DNA of 62,548 nucleotides, the filler included. It is 13 parts of 13 records of this genome, joined end to end, with 100 filler letters (N's around TTAATTAATTAA, not from the genome) between each part and the next. Parts side by side here need not be neighbours in the genome. Positions count along the whole stretch, not along the records: positions 59,438 to 62,548 come from SRR7504441_14884; 12 more parts are not named here. One strand, given 5' to 3'. How positions within the stretch are numbered: position 1 is the stretch's first letter; every line of letters begins with the position of its first letter. Below the pieces are notes generated by a model. The model was not told the DNA's origin. It saw only the letters and a list, made by a program, of their open reading frames with translations, and did no database searches. Position numbers and translations under genes: made by a program. Positions 59,760 through 62,548 of the stretch are shown in pieces.

Positions 59760-62282
59760 CTAATCCAATTTCCCCAAATTCTTGTGATTGTCGCTCCCAA
59801 AGCAATCGCTCAGTTGCACCGTACCATCATTGAAGTCTATCTTCTCCGTACCATCTGAATACACCCGTTTTGTTGTACCATCGTTAAACACAATCTCTTG
59901 TGAACCATCTGGGAATTGCGTTTCTACCTGCCCGTCTGCAAATTGGTATACTTGTGTGCCATCTAAATGCGTGGTGTGAGTCGTTTGGGTCTCTGCGTAA
60001 AAGTACACAACTTGACCATTACTAAGCGTCTGCCACAAGTGAGGGTCAGTGGATGATGAGATGGTTCCAGAGGCAGAGCATAGAGAAGATAAGGCAGACA
60101 AACAGATACTTAGCCAATATGGTACCTGTTTGTGGTCGCCATTGGTAAAGTGGATGATGGAATCCCCGTCGCTGAAAGTCTCCTTTCTCGTACCATTACT
60201 ATAGACAGCAACCTTTGTCCCATCTTGAGTGGTGTACTCTTCTGTTTTGATGACACCTGTTGCAGCATCAGTAATGGAATATCTTGAGTGGTGGCTGTAC
60301 CTCCGCTGTGTCCTTCATTAGAACTACTCGCCTGTGGTTTTGAGATCATGTCGTCATTAGCTAAGTCCTCGTCTTCGGTGAATTGATAGTCCTCACTGAC
60401 TCTTGCTTCTTCTTCCAGCCTAGCCTCGGCCTCCTCTGCTCTCCTCTCTGCGTCTTGAGCTCTTTTTTCAGCCTGTTCTAGTCTCATCTCCATTTTTGCT
60501 ATATCTTCAGGTCGATTTATCCCTTGAGTGTTCCTCATCGACTCACTTAGTGCCAGCTCCTCTTCGAGCTCACCTGAAGCGCATCACCAGCTTAATTGGC
60601 TTGCCTGTTGCGCAAAAGTGACACTTCTCACCTATTCTATTGGATTGGATTGTCAGCCTCCTCTTGAGCCTCTCCACTGTCATTGACGACTTACTTTCAG
60701 CCGAGCTGCTCGAAGCCTTGAGTTGCTCCAACTCAGAGCGGGTTGACTCAAGCTGCTCTTGCAGCTTGCTGCAGCACACCACCATCACAGGCTGTCGGTT
60801 GCTGCTACGAACCCTTGCTGGTCGCGTTTGGAGTCATCTCTAAGCTGCTTGTATAGCTGTTTCTTAGCTTTATTGAATTTGGCGAGCTCCTCGGCCTGGA
60901 TTGCCTTCAAGTTCTCCATCTCCTGCTGCTTTTGGACTTCCAATTTCTCCTGGCCCACACAGAATGAGTGAACAGCTGGACAGCTGGCCGACCGCTTCCT
61001 TCCGAAGGCTTTTGAGCTCGCGCTCGTGTCTGCCTTTAAGAAGCTTCATGTTCTCGTTCTCACTTTGCAATCTTCTACATCGCTCCTCTAAATCCTGCTA
61101 CCGGCGTTGGTACCAGTCAGGCCGCAGCGCAGGACCTTGACATGAGCAGCATCTGAAGCTCTTTGAGTCACACATTTTGGGCTCCTACACGGCCCATTGC
61201 TGCTCTTATTTGAGACATCAGAGCTGCGGGCTGCTGCTGGGGCTTTCGTAGGTGCATGGAAAAAGTCCGATACCAATTTGGAAACTGGTGCAGTTTCCTG
61301 AGGAGCAGTCATTGCAATGCAATCGGTGGCCGCACTGGGGAGCAGCCTTCTTTGCCAGCGGGTGATGTGGTCGGGGGAACAGTCGAGGCCCAAGCCGCGT
61401 CACTCGGTGCGAGCCCCTGCACAGGCCATGGTGTCAGCACATCTCTCAGAGCAGAGCTTCTAGGCACCAACCCAATCCCCTACAGCGCGTCCAAATCTAG
61501 GCCTTGCAAAGCCGACCTGCTTATCGTGTTGCAGTGCTGTGACGTGCCCAACCTCGCTTCTATCCTCTGATATTGGCTTGAGCGGCTTTGACAATGGTTT
61601 GAGCTGCACGAATGCTTCAGAGCTCGCACCTCACAGCCTGCTGACCTGCGTAGCGGACGAGCTCTGCTCTATCGAGCGTTCAAACTCCTCAAATTCGAGC
61701 AGCTCGGCGTCCTCCTCAGACAGCTTCACCTGCAGCCTCTGGCGGCTGGAGCAGCTCGAGGCACCGTGGGCGGCTCACTGCCGTATTTCAGTTCGGCTGC
61801 TCTGTACTGCTCAGGCGAGGGTGAGGGCGAGGACACGGGCTCCACTGAGTTGGCAGACCGCTCAGACAAGACTCCGGGTCCCGGTTCCATCCTGTCTCTG
61901 GTCTTGGCCAGCGACTTGCTCCGGACCCGCTGGCCCTCGCCGCGCTTTAAAAAAGGGCGTCTCGGCTTGGGGGCAGCCGCCGGGGCGGGTGGGCCGCTCT
62001 CAGCGGCGATTTGGGCTTCAACGAGCTCATCGAACGAATCGGGCCCTCCGTTGCCTGCGGACCCCGGTTAGCCGCGGCCGTCGGCTAGGACTATCGGGCC
62101 AGCGGACGAGCGGGCGCTCGATTCAGGAGGCCTGGGTGCGGACCGATCCCCGGCGTGATGGGATTCTCGTCGCTGCTCTGGGTGTACAGGGCAGGCAGGA
62201 AGTCCTCCTCTTCGGCGGAGATCGCGCCGCCATCGTCGATGCCGCCTAACTCGTCAAACATCCCGCTGAATTCGAGCTCCAT
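59760..62282 (-). CDS. CENPJ: Centriole protein SAS-4/CPAP
   Basis: RPFLKRGEG motif, ELLEFEEFE, long coiled coil and Tcp10/G-box repeats YFYAETQTTHTTHLDGTQVYQFADGQVETQFPDGSQEIVFNDGT. Confidence 0.9.
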
Positions 62283-62548
62283 TGCCCAAAAATCAAATTC
62301 ATAGATGAGGCTGTTGTTTTCCCCCCACTGCCCACCTGACGTACGCAGTAGCTTGGGGCGTTGGGCACATTAGACAAGAATTGAGCTTGGTCTCCTCCAA
62401 TGGTACAGTCTGTTGCTAGCATTTAGAGAAACACCATTTAGAAAAGTAGGCCTTCAATTCCTTGAAAATAGCTTAATAGAGAAATAGCCCTCTGATTTCG
62501 TGATTTCAATATTCGGGACCCGCCTAAACGCTAGCGAACTAGCGCGGA

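Overview
This is eukaryotic, not prokaryotic, DNA. The window is 13 unlinked contigs joined by 12 artificial N44-TTAATTAATTAA-N44 linkers. The genome is extremely gene-dense and GC-rich, with tiny spliceosomal introns (mostly 35-45 nt, GT-AG plus several GC-AG), so the ORF track fragments most genes; I re-spliced many by hand. Gene content points to a flagellated, non-opisthokont protist: SAS-4/CENPJ, an Sfi1-like protein, RJL GTPase and a POP-type organellar DNA polymerase. It is probably phagotrophic (two secreted NlpC/P60-like peptidases, a sialidase-like protein, a secreted GH-like protein). I cannot assign the lineage. Most notable observations: (1) genes sit in head-to-head pairs with only 38-149 bp between start codons, and 11 of 12 such gaps carry a Myb-type YAACKG element; (2) introns are length-constrained, with degenerate donors, no polypyrimidine tract and an A about 12-15 nt before the 3' end; (3) a divergent pair of paralogous Cys-rich secreted NlpC/P60-like enzymes; (4) a strongly diverged V-ATPase A paralog with an insert; (5) a gene-free 3.2 kb island with 189-bp repeats and hairpin modules. 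All family calls come from motif recognition, not database searches.
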